In this document: positions 11,172 to 24,243 of the stretch, piece after piece
How positions within the stretch are numbered: position 1 is the first letter of the stretch
How the letters are laid out: every line of letters starts with the position of its first letter
Source of the DNA: Rebecca billardiae RCC1528
Lineage: Eukaryota > Protista > Haptophyta
Assembly: GCA_965240325.2 (NCBI GenBank)
Contig: OZ251235.1
Span: forward strand, 248,001 to 312,000
Length of the DNA stretch: 64,000 nucleotides
Direction of reading: 5' to 3'
Position numbers and translations under genes: made by a program
Notes under the pieces: model-generated
What the model saw: only the letters and a program-made list of their open reading frames with translations
What the model was told of the DNA's origin: nothing
Database searches by the model: none

Positions 11172-14100
11172 TCAACTGGCGTCCGCTTTGACCGGCTTGC
11201 GAAAAGTCACCTCGTACAGCCGCTCAACCGGCTTGGCCTCCGTGTCTGCGAGGTTGATGATTTCGTTGTACTGCATACGCGCGCGCGCGCACACGGTGCG
11301 GGCGGCTACAGGCGTGAGCAGCGCATGCGCACGCGCGCGCGACGCGGCGCGAGACTCCGGCGCGCACCTTTGCCTTGAGCTTCTTGGTGGCGAAGAGCGC
11401 GAACTCCTTGGCGTCCTCAACCCAGCGCTCGATCAATGGGGCGAGAATGCCATTCGCGTCATCGCGCCAGTCGAAGTATCCCTCTGCGTCGGCGCGGCGG
11501 GTGCGGGCATGCGCGCACGGTCAGCGCACCCCGCCAGCTTAGCTGCGCGCACGACCGCCGAGGCCGTCGCGCGCGCGGGCGAGGGCGCACGCACCTGCGT
11601 AGCTGTAGATGGCTTCCCACAGCTCGGGCATCTCGTCGGCGAGCACGGCGCCGCGACTGCGCTGCAGCGACACCGCCTTCTCGAGCTGCTCCCTGAACGT
11701 CTTGAGCGCTGCCTTCTCCTCCTTCACCCACGCGCGCATCGCGGCCACGTCGCGCAGCATCTGCTCGCGCTGGTCGATGCCCGCGCGCATCACCTTGATG
11801 CGCGCCGCCTCGACGTCCGTGCGGAGCTTGGTCGGGCGCGGGACGTGCGAGCCAGCCCTGCCGCCGCGCGAGCGCAGGATCGCCAGGACCACCTTCCCCT
11901 CGTCCGTCCCGTCGCGCAGCGCGTCGTCGTACGCCGTGTTGCCGAACGCGTCCTCGAGGTTGACGTCGATGCCCTCGACGTCGACGAGGAACTGCAGGCA
12001 GTTCACGTTGCGCGAGGCGGCGGCGAGGTGGATGGGCGCGCGGCCGAACTCGTCCTGCTGGTTCACCGAGCAGGCGAACGTGATGATCCGCTTGAGGTTC
12101 TGCACGTCGCTCTCCGTCGCCGCAGCGTTCACGTGCCGCGCGATGTCGAACTCGCCGAGCTTGGCGCCGTGCTTGACGAGCAGCGCGCACGCCTCGTCCT
12201 GGTGGCCGAGTAGAGCGTCCTGCAGCGGGGTCGCGCCGCGGAGGTCGCGGCTGTTCACATCAGCTCTGTTCTCGATGAGCAGCGCCAAGTTTTCCGTGCG
12301 GCCCTCCGCCGCCGCCACGTGCGTCGCCGAGCGCTTCTCGAGCGTGCCCGCGTTCACGTTGCCGCCGAACGAGCAGAAGCGCTGCAGCACCGCCGTGCCG
12401 CCCGGCACGGCGCCGGCCGCGCACATCTCCTCGGACACGTTGCGCGTGCCGTGGAGGCCGCCGTGGCTCGCGAGCAGCGCGGCGGTCTCGAAGTGGTCGG
12501 ACAGCAGCGCGTCGTCGAGCGCGGTGTGCCCGATCTTGTCCTCGGCGTTCACGTCCGCGCGCGCGGCGAGCAGTAGCTCGATCAGCTTCTTGTGCCCGCC
12601 GCACGCGGCGAGCTGCAGCGGGCGTCGGCCGTGCGAGTCGGCGTGGTCGACGTCCATCGAACGTGCAGAGATCAGCCGGCGAACCTTCTCGAACTCGCCC
12701 TTGACGCACGCCATGCAGACCTTTGCATGCATCTGCTCATCGCGCTTGGCCTTGGCGTTGGCGAGCGTCTGCGTCGCGGCGGCGCGCAAGCGCGCGAGGG
12801 GCGTGGGGCGGGACTCGGCTCAGCTCTGGGCACGCGCGGGGCCCGCAAAGTAGCGACGCCGGCGCACCGCCGGCATCCGGCGCACCTGCTGCAGCGAGAT
12901 GATGTCGCTGGCCCCACCACCACTCGCTTCCGACGCGGAGCGGCCATCCTGCGAGGGGGCGCTCTCGCTGCTCGCATCAATGGAGGTCGAGCCGCCCGAG
13001 CCCGAGCCCGCGCTGTGGCTGCTGTGCTGGCTGTGCGTGCCGGAGGAGGCCGAGGCCTTGGAGCGGCCAGAGCGCGCAGAGCCCATGGCTGCGCAATAGG
13101 GTCACGCGATGGCGCGCGAGGGCGCCGCAGGCGCGTGCAGTCAGCCGTGATGCCAGCCGCGCCGCACGCGTGCGGGCGCAGCGCGCGTACTCAGGCCTTC
13201 GTACTGGCGCACGGCGTTGTCCATGAGCAGATCCTCCTGCGACGGGAACGACTTGAGCAGCTCGCGGTACAGCTCCTGGTTGAGAACAAACGTGGTCGCC
13301 TTGTCGTTGCGGCTGACGCGCGCCGTCTTGAAGTGGCGGATGCCAAAGATGAACGCGACCTCGCCGAGGAACTCGCCCGGCCCGACCGATGCGTTCTTGT
13401 CGTCGCTCTGCTCGGCGTCGTCCCCATCGCTCATGTCCACGCTGCCCGTGGCGAGCAGGATCAGCTCCTTGCACTGGTCACCCGCGCGGAAGATGACCGT
13501 CTCCGCCTCGATCTCGCGCTCGGTGAGCACGGCCGAGAGCCGGTCGATGAAGCCCTCGTCGCAGCCCTTCAGTAGCGTGGTGTCCGCCATGAGCTTCCGG
13601 TTGGTGCACGCTGAGACCTCCATCTGGATCGGCACGGGCAGCCCCGAGTAGATCTGCTCCGAGTCGATGTTGGAGAAGGAGGCGTGCTGCATCTTGTCGA
13701 TAAAGAACTTGGTCATCCGCTCCTTGAGTTCGGCCGGCACGTTCACGTGGCGCACGTACGCGTGCACGAGCTCGAGGTGTGCGCGCTTGCCCACGATCTC
13801 GTCGTCCATCTTCATCACCATGCCCGAGATGCCGCCAACGCAGTACGCGTCTGCGGCGCGCAGGCAGCGCGCGGGCGCCAGGCGTGGGCGCGGGGGCCGT
13901 GCCGTGAGCACTCGCGCGCTCGCGATCGAGGCGGCGGTCCGCTCGCGGCGCGCGAGGCGCGCACAGATTGTCATGTTGATCACGCAGAAGAAGACGAACA
14001 TGGAGAACTCGACGAAGTTGGCCGGGAGCTGCACGACGCCGAGCGCGGAGACGAGCGAGAGGATGAAGAAGACCGCGGTGACGTAGTGATCCATCAGCCG

Positions 14101-17100
14101 CTCCTCCGCCGACATCAAGACGCTGAGCCCGTCGTCGCCGCCCACGGCGATGCGCTGCCTCAGGTAGTAGGTCGCCCACGTGTTGTCCCAGCGGCTCAGC
14201 GCCACCTGCGAGAAGCCGAGCACGTTCCAGATGCCCGCGCCGAAGTGGATGATCAGGATGAGCGGCAGCGCGTTCTTGAGCAGCCCCTTGCCCATCTCGC
14301 GCTCGGTGAGCCCCGCCTTCCACACCTTGAACGCGCCGAGCAGGTAGCGCGCGTTGAGCATGCGCAGGTGGCGCACGCCGAACCGGATCATCGGGTCGAC
14401 GCCGAGCGCCCAAAGCACCTGGTCGTGCGGCCAGCACGCGAACGCGTCGAGCGCAAAGTCGTTCGAGAGGTAGTGCGCGGCCACCTCGGCGGGCGCGAAC
14501 ACCTCGACCGACTTGTCGTTGATGAACGTCGTGTTGAAGCGCAGCAGAATGCGCAGCATGTAGAGCACGTCGCACACGAGGTTGACGTACGGCACCCAGC
14601 GCATCAGCACCACCTCCTCGAAGAAGCACAGCTGCATCGGCACGGTGAGCACGTCCCACAGCACGGTGATGTAAAAGAGCCACACGCTCAGCTTGTTCAT
14701 ACGAGAGTGGACCGAGACGATGTACCACGGCCACACCGTCGTCGTGCTCGCGCCGTTCTCGACGCCCGCCTCGGCAGATACGATCTCGCGCGAGCCAATG
14801 TGGATGTCCAACTTCTCGAGCAGCTGCACGACGCCCTTCTTCTGCGAGCGCTTCGAGCCGGTGAGCGGGTCGACGCCGCCCGCCGCGCGGATCGTCGCGA
14901 CGCGCTCGCGCAGCTTGGCCACCAGCTTCTCCCACGTGATCTTCCGCTGCTCCGCCTCCTCCGCCTCGAGCTCGGCCGCGCTGAGCAGCAGCGAGCGCGT
15001 GACCGCGCCGTTGTGCTCGGTGCCGTCGTCCTCCTCGGCGTGCGTGTCGCCCTCCGTGCCCGCGGCGCCCTCCTCGGCGGCCACCACCGGCTCGCCCTGC
15101 TGCGGGAGGCTGAGCTCGAGCTCCTCCTCCACCCAGCTGCGGACGTGCGCCGCCGTCGTCTCGACAGGGATGGCGACGGCGTGCTTGACCGCGCCCAGCA
15201 GCGTGGCCGCGTCCACCGGCTCCGCCTCGCCCAGCCGGCCGACGTCGATGCGCAGCTGCAGGTTGTCCGCGAGCAGCGCGCACGCGGTCGCGCTGCTGAG
15301 CGCCGTCTTGAGCTCGGCGACGATGGACGCCTCGACCGCGGCGACGCGCACCGCCTCCGCCCTGGCCGCCTTGGCCTTGGCCTGCGCCGCCTTGGACATG
15401 AGCTTGACACCCGCCGTGCCCAGCTCGTCCGCCCTCTGCAGCTTTGGGATGAAGACACCAGACGAGTTGTCCGCGATGCCCATGGCGCTCGCGCCCGCGC
15501 CCGCGTCCTCCGAGGCGGCCAGCAGGATCCACGAGGAGACGCCGATGAAGAACTGCGACTCGGACATGGACTGCGCCGGCCGCGTGCTCCTCCCCTTGGC
15601 GCGCAGCTGCAGCACCTGGTTGCCGCCCGAGTAGATCGCGCGAGCCTGCGCGCCGCTCGGCGGCGCGGAGCCTGACGGCGCCTCTGCTCGCGGCGCCTGC
15701 TGCACCTCGGCGGTGGTGGACTCGACGACCGCGGTAGAGACGGCCTGCTCTGCCGCCTCCTCCACGCTCAATCCGGCCGTCTCCCTCGCCGCATCGGGGC
15801 CCTCCTCCTGCGCCGGCGCCGACGCGTCCGCGCCCGCCGCGGCCAAGTCGGCGAGCGCCTGCGCTGGCGCCACGTTGGGCCGCTTCGGGTCATCATCGGC
15901 AGTGGCGGGAGCGTGGGTAGCGGCGATGGCGGAGACGACGGCGGCGGTCCCGCCGTAGCCGCCGTCAGCAGCGGCAACTGCAGCATCGCCTCCGCTGTCG
16001 GCGGTGCCGTCGTCCGCGTCGGCGGCGACTGCAGCGAGGAGGCGCTCGAGCTCCTCGTCGACGGCGCTGCCCTCGGCGGCCTGGCCGACGACAAGCGTGG
16101 TGCGTCGCGAGCCGGTGCGCCCTGACTCGGCCGTGCGCGAGTTCCGGCGCCGCCCACCCGCCACGACGCCGCCCAGCTCGGCCTCGCCCTGCTCGGGGTC
16201 TACCGTGAGCTCCTCCGGCGGCGCGGTCAGGTTGCGCGACGCCGCCATCAGGTAGCTGAGCAGCGACTTGATCTCCTCCGAGCCGAACTCGCCCAGCTCG
16301 CCCTGCAGCTTGCGCACGTCGCGCATCCGGATCTCGCCGCTGTGCGACGCGTCGAAGACGCGGAAGAGCCGCGTGATGACGAAGCACGCCTCCTCGATGG
16401 CGAGGGTCCCACCCGCCTCGGCCGCGCCGTCCGGAGCGGCGCCCGAGCCGCGCGGAGAGCCTTCGCTGGCTCTCGTCGCCTCGCCCTTGGCCACCGCGCC
16501 GCTGTCGCGCTCGTCGGCGTTGAAGCTCGCGCGAAGCCGGCTGGTGATGCCGCTGAGCCGGCTCTTGCGCTTGGGCGAGCCGGTCTCATCCTCCTCGGCC
16601 GCCTCGGCCGAGTCGCCCTTCTTGTGCGCGCTCCGCGGCGCCGTGCCGGCCAGCTCGGGGGCCTCGAGCGCGGCTGCCGCCTTGGTCAAGAGCGCCTTGT
16701 TCTTCCGCCGCCGCATGGCGTAGCGCTCGTCGAGGATGTCGATGAAGCGGCGCGAGCAGAAGAGCGTCACGTGGCCGAGGTCGGAGAGGTAGAAGGGGCC
16801 GTCGCCGCCGTCCGCATCCCCCAGCATGCCGTACGCCGGCTGCGCGCCCAGCTCTGCGCTCGCCTTCGCCTCGTTGATCTGCTTCGAGAGCTCGATCAGC
16901 ACCGAGCCAGTCTTCGAGCCGCGGCGCAGCGTGTCCTTGAATGAGCCGTCGCCCTTGGGCTTGGCGGCCTCGCTGAGCGAGTTCCGCCGGCCGTACAGCG
17001 AGCTGCTGCCAGGCGCTCGCTGCTGCGCGAGCTGCTCCATCCTGTCCGCGGCCGCCATCTCCGCGCCCGCCGCGCTCCTGGGCGACATCGGCGCCGACGG

Positions 17101-20100
17101 GCCGAGGATCGACTGCAGCTCCGTGTACACGTCGTCGAGCACCTCGCCCACGCGCTCCGAGTCGAGCTCGAACACGTCCTGCAGCATCGCGCGCAGCTGC
17201 GAGTCCTCCTGCGCGCACCGCTCGGCGGCGTTGAGGTGCGCGTAGCGGTGCGCGGGGAGCACGGTGGCGAAGCGGTCGCGGATCTCGATGAGGCCGGCCT
17301 CGGCGGAGGGCAGCTGCAGCACCAGCTTGATGAACTGCTTCGACGCGCCACGCGAGTCGTGCTGGTCGAACGAGCCGTGCTGCTCGGTCAGAGCGCCGCC
17401 CGCTGCCTGCGCGCCGCCGCCGTCGTCGCTGTCATCGTCATCCTGGTGGTCATCGTCGGGGTCAGAGTCGGTGTCCGAGTCGAGCTCCTCGCCGTACTCG
17501 TTGATCCAGAGGTCGGCCCACTTGCCCATCGTGCGGAAGGTGTTGCGCTGCGAGCGATGCAGGTGGCTCAGGTCGGAGGCGAGCTTCATCAGCGACATCT
17601 CGACCTCGCGCGCCTTGTCGACCATCCCGAGCGCATGGTGCTCGTGCAGCTCGGCGAGCTTCGCCACGCTGCGGGTGACCTCGTACAGGTTGAGGCTCCG
17701 AGCCTTGCGCAGCTTGGCCTGGATCCGCGCGTCGTCGGCCCACTGCTCTGGCACGGTCCCGCCCGCCGAGATGAGGATGCTCGCGATCTTGAGGTCGACG
17801 TCGAGCGCGTCCATCAGCGGCGGGCGCGACCACCGGTCAGCGCAGTTCACGTCCGCCATCGCCTTCACGAGCAGGTACACGCTCGAGATCGAGCCGGACA
17901 TGACGGCGAAGTGGAGCGGGGTGCGCCCGTCGTAGTCGGGCAGGTCGACCTTCGCGCCCACCGTGAACAGGAAGCGCAGCCGCTCCACGTCGCCCCGCGT
18001 CGCCGCCTGCCGCACCATGTTGGCGATGTGCTCGCCCTCGGGCCGAGCGGACGCGCGCACGAGCAGCGCCGCGACCATCTCGTGCTGGAGGAGGATGGCG
18101 TCGTCGAGCGCCGAGCGGCCGTGTCGATCGCGCACGTGGACGTCGCACATGTTCGCGATCAGGTACTCGGCAACGCGCACGTTGCCCTCGGTCGCAGCGA
18201 CGTGCAGCGCGGTGCGGCCGTCGTAGTTCTTCGAGTCGAGCGCGATGCCGTGCTCGACCAGCATAGTCATCAGCGGCATGTCGCCCTGCTTGGCCGCCTG
18301 GTGCGTCCACGCGTGCGGCAGGTCGAGCTCGAGCTGCGCACCCGCCTTGACCAGCGCGTCCGCCACCGCCGAGTGCTTGCCCTTCATCGCGTTCTCGAAT
18401 GGCGACGCGCCGAAGCGGTCCTTCGCGGCCGTGTTGGCGCCGAGCTCGCACAGCAGCTTGACGACGGTGGCGTGGCCCTCGACGCACGCGAGGTGGAGTG
18501 GGGTGCGCTTGTCGTGCGAGACGGCCTGGATGTCGAAGCCGCGCGCGATGAGACCCTTGACCGTCTCAACATCGCCCTGCCGCACTGCGATCGCCATCTG
18601 CGAGAACAGCTCCTCGTTGCGGTCGAGGATGGCCGTGCGGATCGTGTTGCGCAGCGCCTCGTACTCGCGCTTCTCGTCCTCGTCCATCTGCTCGGCAAAG
18701 CCGCCGGTCGCGAGGTCGGCGCCCTGCTTGTCGAGGCCGTACTTGCGCAGCACGTTCTGCAGGATGAGGTCGGTCTGCTCGGGGTACTGCGCGATGATTT
18801 GCAGGAACGTCGTCGCGGTGAGCACGCTGAGCGTCACCTCGCCCTTGGAGGACGCGATCGCCGTGTACGGGTGCGGCAGGCCGATGAAGAAGGCGACCTC
18901 GCCCACCACCTGGCCTGGGCCCAGCTCGGAGCGGACGGTGGCGACGAGCGTATCGCCCCGCCAGACGTGCAGCGTGCCGCCCACGCACCAGAGCAGCTCG
19001 GCCGCGCCGTCGCCGCGCTTGAAGACCACCTCGCTCGGCTGTGGGCGGCGGCGGCGGCGGCGGTGGCGCCGGCGGCAACGGGGGGTGGCAGTGCAACGCG
19101 GGTGGCGGGGCCGGCAGGGGCGGCGCCGAGCCGTGAGGAGGCGACCCGCGCCGTGCGCGCGCGCGCGGCGAGAGGTGATCACTGCACGGCGCGTCGCGCG
19201 CGTCACGTCGCGCGCGCACCATCATGTACCGCTCACGCAGGTACATCGTGACGTAGGTGAGGAACTGGTGGTTGCACGACCAGAAGACCCACGTCTGCTC
19301 CATCTGCCGCATGTGCTGCGAGGACGCGACCTCGACGCGCAGCGAGAGCGGCATCTGGCTGTTGATCAGGTCGGAGCCCGCGGCGAGCTTGCGGTGCTGG
19401 AACTGGAAGTGCCCGCGGATGCGCATGGCGAGCTCCTTGGGCAGCTTGCGCTCGGTGACGTAGTCGTCCACCGCCTTCATCAGCTCGTTGTAGTGCACGG
19501 TGCTCTGGTCGGTGCGCACGAGGTACTGGAAGAGCGTGCCGAGCACGTACGCGTAGAAGACCATCTGTACCGCCGCGACGAAGGCGGCGAAGAGCACCTC
19601 GAGCTTCTTGGTGAGGATGATCGTGCCGTACCCCATCGACGTGAGCCCCATCCACGCCATGTACAGGCTGAAGAGGTACTTCTCCGCAAGCGTCGCATCT
19701 GCTGGGTCCAGGTCCGCGTTCTCCGTGAGCAGCGGCACCTGAGCGGGCCACGAGGGCAGCTCAAGCGGCCGATTGGACCAGGGGCCGCCGAGGCCCCACC
19801 AGATGCACGCGATCTGCGCAACGGCGCCGCGCGCGCGCGCCGCCGCGTGTCGGCGTGGCGCGTGAGCCCGCGTGAGCAGACGCGAGCGGGCGAGGGTCAC
19901 TTGCTCCGCGCGCGGTTCGCCGTGCGCGCCGCCGCGACTCGCTGGCTCGTGGGCGCACGCAAGATAAGAGCGCGCGCGCGCCGCGCCGCGCGCGCACCCA
20001 GTGGGGGACGGAGATGATGACGATGGAGAACTTGTAGGTGGCGAGGAACTTAACGTTGACGGTCAGATCGGTGTTGATCTCCTGCACGTACATGATGAGC

Positions 20101-20891
20101 TCGCGTACGCGCAACGAGCGGAGGAGCTGGACGATCGCCCACAGCCAGTCGGTGCCGGTCAGGATGAACACGGCGCGCGCGATGTGCAGCGCGAGGCTCG
20201 TGCCGATGTCGCGCGCGGCGTCCTTGGCGGTGTAGAGGCTGTGCCCGCTCGAGTCGTCATCGATGCTGCTGCTCGCCGCCTCAAGCAGCTTCTGCTTCTC
20301 CTCACCCGTCGGCTGCTCCATGATCGTCTTGCAGATCCAGCACAGCTCGAAGAGGTCGCCCAGCACGTCGATCACGATCGCGACGCCGCTGTGCGCGAGC
20401 TCGTACGGGAAGGCGAGGCGGAGCGGGATCATGAGCTCCTCGATCGTAAAGATAGGCACGCGCGCCAACCTCGCGATCGCCTTGAAACGGTCGCGCCTCT
20501 CGCGCTCCTCCGTTGCGATTTGCTGGCGCGCGCGCTCGGCGTCGAGCGTCGCCTCCTCGCCCGCCAGCACCGGGCGCCACGTCACGCGGTGGTCGACGGG
20601 CTTCCGCCGGCCATGGTCGTGACTGGGCTTGAGGATGCCCTTGATGACCTTGGCTTCCTTCGTCCGGCCCTTCTTGAGATCACCCGCCTCCTCCTCCTCC
20701 GAGTCCTCCTCAGTGCGCCCGAGGGCGCGGTCAAAGAGCTTGCGAGCGCGCGCGCCGGCGCCCAGCGCCGCGGCCGCGAAGCGGCCGCGGGCCGCGTCGC
20801 GTGGGGAGGCGTCGTTGCCGCCAGCGCTCGTCACCGATGTCTCGTCGGCGTCCGCTGCGGTCTCGTCGTTCAGGGGCGTCACCTTGCCCAT
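11172..20891 (-). CDS. Tandem two-module cation channel, ~2937 aa: [6TM-pore, CNBD, ankyrin]-linker with EF-hand-like motif-[6TM-pore, CNBD, ankyrin]. Exons 20891-19998, 19813-19220, 19038-13965, 13850-13191, 13088-12886, 12768-11595, 11483-11368, 11270-11172
   Basis: Seven GT-AG introns give a continuous 8814-nt frame. Module 1: S4 LLRSLRVRE, S5 PHW|IACIWW, pore LTSMGYGTI, CNBD VVGEVAFF, ankyrins (DYDGRTPLH). Module 2: S2-S3 FNTTF...HYL...FALD, S4 RHLRMLNAR, pore VSALGVVQLP, CNBD FLGEVAFIFG, ankyrins (DLRGATPLQDA). Confidence 0.88.
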
Positions 20892-21600
20892 CTCGGCACT
20901 TGCGGTGGTTTGCGTCGTCGTCGGAAGTCCAGACAGCGCGGTTTTTGGTCGAGTCGGCTCTGGGGTGCAACCCCACTGGTTCCGTCGTCAATCGATGAGT
21001 AGTACTAGAACGACATTTCGACCATGTGAGAAACGTTATCAACAGCTCAAAGTCCATAAGTCATCTTATTGGAGAAGTCCGGTTGCGATTCCCCACGAGG
21101 CGTTTTTGTATCTGGCAACAATATGCGATTTTTTTCGTTCGCAGATGAAGCAAGGGAGGTGATGAAGGGCAATTTCATCGACGAAATCAGTCTGCTGATC
21201 ATGACCCGGTGGCGGCAAGTCGGCAGTTTGTCGAGCGGAGGGGTTGATGATCCATCAATGACTGGCGTTTTATGAGAATCACACCGGATTTATTTCGCTC
21301 TGTGAATTCGCGGGTCTTATTCATGGTAGATAACCGGACCACTGAGTGACCGAGACTGAGTGCAGAGTAGTGTACACAACATGTAAGCTTAGTACTAGTA
21401 GACTAGTAGTTCGGACGATATCGGTACCGCGGACTGACGTGACAGTACCGTAGAAGTAGTTAGCGGCAGATCGCCGCCCGCATGGCGCACCGCGATCGTC
21501 ATCGAGCAGCTACGGCAGTGCCAGCACAGCCGGCAGAGCCGCGTGGCAGGCCAGCGGCGCCAGCACGACACATTCAGCATGGCCGCTGATCACCTGATCG

Positions 21601-21601
<1 letters not shown>

Positions 21602-21632
<31 letters not shown>
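21602..21632. repeat. Poly-G homopolymer (31 nt)
   Basis: Directly visible. Confidence 0.9.
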
Positions 21633-22082
21633 CGAAGCCGGAGCCAGTTCAATTCGCATCCTCGATTTCACTTGTCAAGCTACATAGTGAGTCAGACTAG
21701 TGGGCACCCGAATCCTCGGTCGGAGTCGGTGACTCCGTTGGCCGAACACTCGTCGAGTCGCGGGTAAGTTTTAGTTTAACTACTACGCTTCTACTACCCG
21801 CACGTACCGGCGGAGGCACGACCGCCTACTGGCACTATCTCGGCCAGCAGTTCGGAGCCCCGGCCACTAAACCCTGGGTTTGGGACTGCCGACGCATCCA
21901 TCCGTCATCATGTGACAGCCTCAGTCCGCTCGCCCTCCGCCCGCTCCGACGACGGACGAGCAGTCCGGGGCCGGTCTGCAGCCGCAGGCCTTAGCCCCGC
22001 GCCTGGTCGCTTTTTATGGCGGTGGACCCGTATCGCCCATACGCGCGGTATAGGGAGCACCGCCCACGCTTCTTCTTCAGTC

Positions 22083-22085
<3 letters not shown>

Positions 22086-22147
<62 letters not shown>
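22086..22147. repeat. Compound (CA)n(TA)n microsatellite
   Basis: Directly visible. Confidence 0.95.
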
Positions 22148-22833
22148 GTCTAGCCGTCCTCGCGAACGCCGACGCCAACTGCTGGCCGAAGGTGGGCACG
22201 CCGCCTGGCATGTCGATGCCGAGGCGGCTGCCTGTGTTCCTACTCAGTGGGATTTACGTGTCCTCATGCAAAGGCGAGCGGCAGCAGATGCGGTGGGCAT
22301 GCCGCTCGCCGTCGACGAGACGCGGTGCGTGAGAGATCCCGTTTCATGGTGTGTTGGGGAGCACCGCGTGACGCGATGTTGGTCGGTGCACGCGACGCGC
22401 CACCCGCGTGCGAGCCGCAGCCGCCGGCGACGCAGGACGCGACATGGCTGGATGCCCGCGCCACGGCTGCAGAGCCCGAGAAGCCGATGATGGCGATCGG
22501 AGATCTTTGGCCGGTAACAGAAAATGCCGGACGGACTGTTTGTCCGGGAGCAGCTCGTTGAGGCCATGGTCCGGTAGAGGGCGATGGAGCTGATGAGCGG
22601 CGCTTGCGCCTGGCGTCCGTGTCGTCCTCTTAGACAATCAGTTATTGTACCAATAACCCCACATATAGCTTCACGTACTGTCACGCAGCGGCGCTGTAAA
22701 GTCTCTCGTCAGTACTACTGACTAAGCGCGCTGTTATTCATTCACCGCTGCCGCGGCGCAACGCCGTCGCGCCACGTATTGCCCACCTCGTGCTGAGGCC
22801 GTGCGACGCGCCTGCTCTCGCCTTCCGGCCGCG

Positions 22834-24243
22834 TCACAACTCCTTCTTGGCGCGCACCCGGCGCACGCCCGCGCCGTCCATACGCGGCACGAGCAGCCAC
22901 AGTGTCACGTCACTCAGCCGGTGGCCGAGCAGCTCGCGCGCGTTGGCGACGAAGCCGAGCGCGTTGTCGGGCGGGCGGAAGTGCTTCACCGTCTCAAGGT
23001 ACGTCACGCCCCGCGCGAGGTTGCGCAGCTGCACGAACGTGAGCATGCCGGTGAAGGCGAGCACGGGCAGCGAGATGTCGACGAGCGCAATCGCGCACAC
23101 ACCCGCCAGCCCGTCGCCCTCTGCGTAGTACTGGGGGTGGTGCATGAGCAGCAGGAAGGAGGTGGGGAAGAAGAGGGTCATGAGCAGCGCGGCCTGCTCG
23201 ATCGGAATCGTCGGCGCTGCACCCGCACCGCCGTCAAGCTGCCTGTGGGCGTGCGCGCCGTGCCCGTGCCCGTGGCCGTGCTGCACCTCCCCGCGCAGCC
23301 GCAGCCCGGGCGCGCCCATCAGCTGCATCGGCTGCAGCAGCCTGCCGAGGGCGACGCGCGTCTGCGGCGCGACGTACGCGAGCACGTGGTCGTGCAGGTA
23401 CGCGTCGTTCCGCCCGATCCGCGCGTGCAGCGCGTGCAGGCACATCACGAGGATGTACACCGTCGCCAGCAGCATGTAGAGCACGAAGAGCAGGAAGTGG
23501 CGGTGGTTGGCGGCGCCGATGCACGCGTTGAAGAACATGCAGTGGTGGTCCATGCGCAGCACGCAGCGGCGGCACGTGCGGCAGTGGTGCGAGCGCGGCG
23601 GCGCGATGGGCGGGTGGCCCAGCCGCGCGCACTCCGCGCAGTAGTACCACCCGTCGAGCGGGCGGACGCTCGGCCCGCCCGCGGGCACCAGACCTCCGCC
23701 CGATCCCGCGGTGCCCGTGGCCGCGGACGCGCCATCGCCGTGCGCGTGGCCGCCGTGCCCGAGCTCCTCGGCACCGGGCGCGCTGCCGTTCGCCCCGCGC
23801 GTCGTCTCGATGCGCTCCGCGAGCAGCGTGCTCACCGTCGGCGCGTGGTCCTCGCCGTTGTAATTCTGGCGCGCGGTGAGCATCCCAAACGCAAAGTGCA
23901 GCACGACATTCGCCGTGAGCAGCAGCGAGAAGCACAGGTGGAAGACGGCCCAGGCCGACCACTCGCCGATCGGGCGGTCGAATGGGATAAAGTACCGCGG
24001 CAGCAGCACGCCGAACCCCGCGACGAGCACGAGCGCGATCAGCAGGAGCGAGCCGAGCGCAATCAGCCAGCCATTGCGCGAGAGCGTGCGGCAGCAAGGC
24101 CGGAAGCAGCAGCCGGTGAACTGCGCGTTGACGAGCGTGTCCTGGCCATTGAGCGCGCCGCACGTGGTGCACCCTCCGCGCGCCCACGGGAATGGGGCGG
24201 CACACGCCCAGCACACGCCCTCGCGCGGTGGCCCGAAGCGCAT
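22834..24243 (-). CDS. DHHC-type protein S-acyltransferase with N-terminal CxxC...CxxC motif (plant PAT11-like layout)
   Basis: CAEC...[36 protein letters not shown], four TM segments, TYLE (TTxE motif), N-terminal CWAC...CTTC. First ATG at 24243; the track start at 24285 is GTG. Confidence 0.92.
   Translation of the reverse strand: MRFGPPREGVCWACAAPFPWARGGCTTCGALNGQDTLVNAQFTGCCFRPCCRTLSRNGWLIALGSLLLIALVLVAGFGVLLPRYFIPFDRPIGEWSAWAVFHLCFSLLLTANVVLHFAFGMLTARQNYNGEDHAPTVSTLLAERIETTRGANGSAPGAEELGHGGHAHGDGASAATGTAGSGGGLVPAGGPSVRPLDGWYYCAECARLGHPPIAPPRSHHCRTCRRCVLRMDHHCMFFNACIGAANHRHFLLFVLYMLLATVYILVMCLHALHARIGRNDAYLHDHVLAYVAPQTRVALGRLLQPMQLMGAPGLRLRGEVQHGHGHGHGAHAHRQLDGGAGAAPTIPIEQAALLMTLFFPTSFLLLMHHPQYYAEGDGLAGVCAIALVDISLPVLAFTGMLTFVQLRNLARGVTYLETVKHFRPPDNALGFVANARELLGHRLSDVTLWLLVPRMDGAGVRRVRAKKEL

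Noticed and set aside
21602-21632. Poly-G tract as a functional G-quadruplex
   Set aside because: Homopolymer length is unreliable and there is no supporting context.
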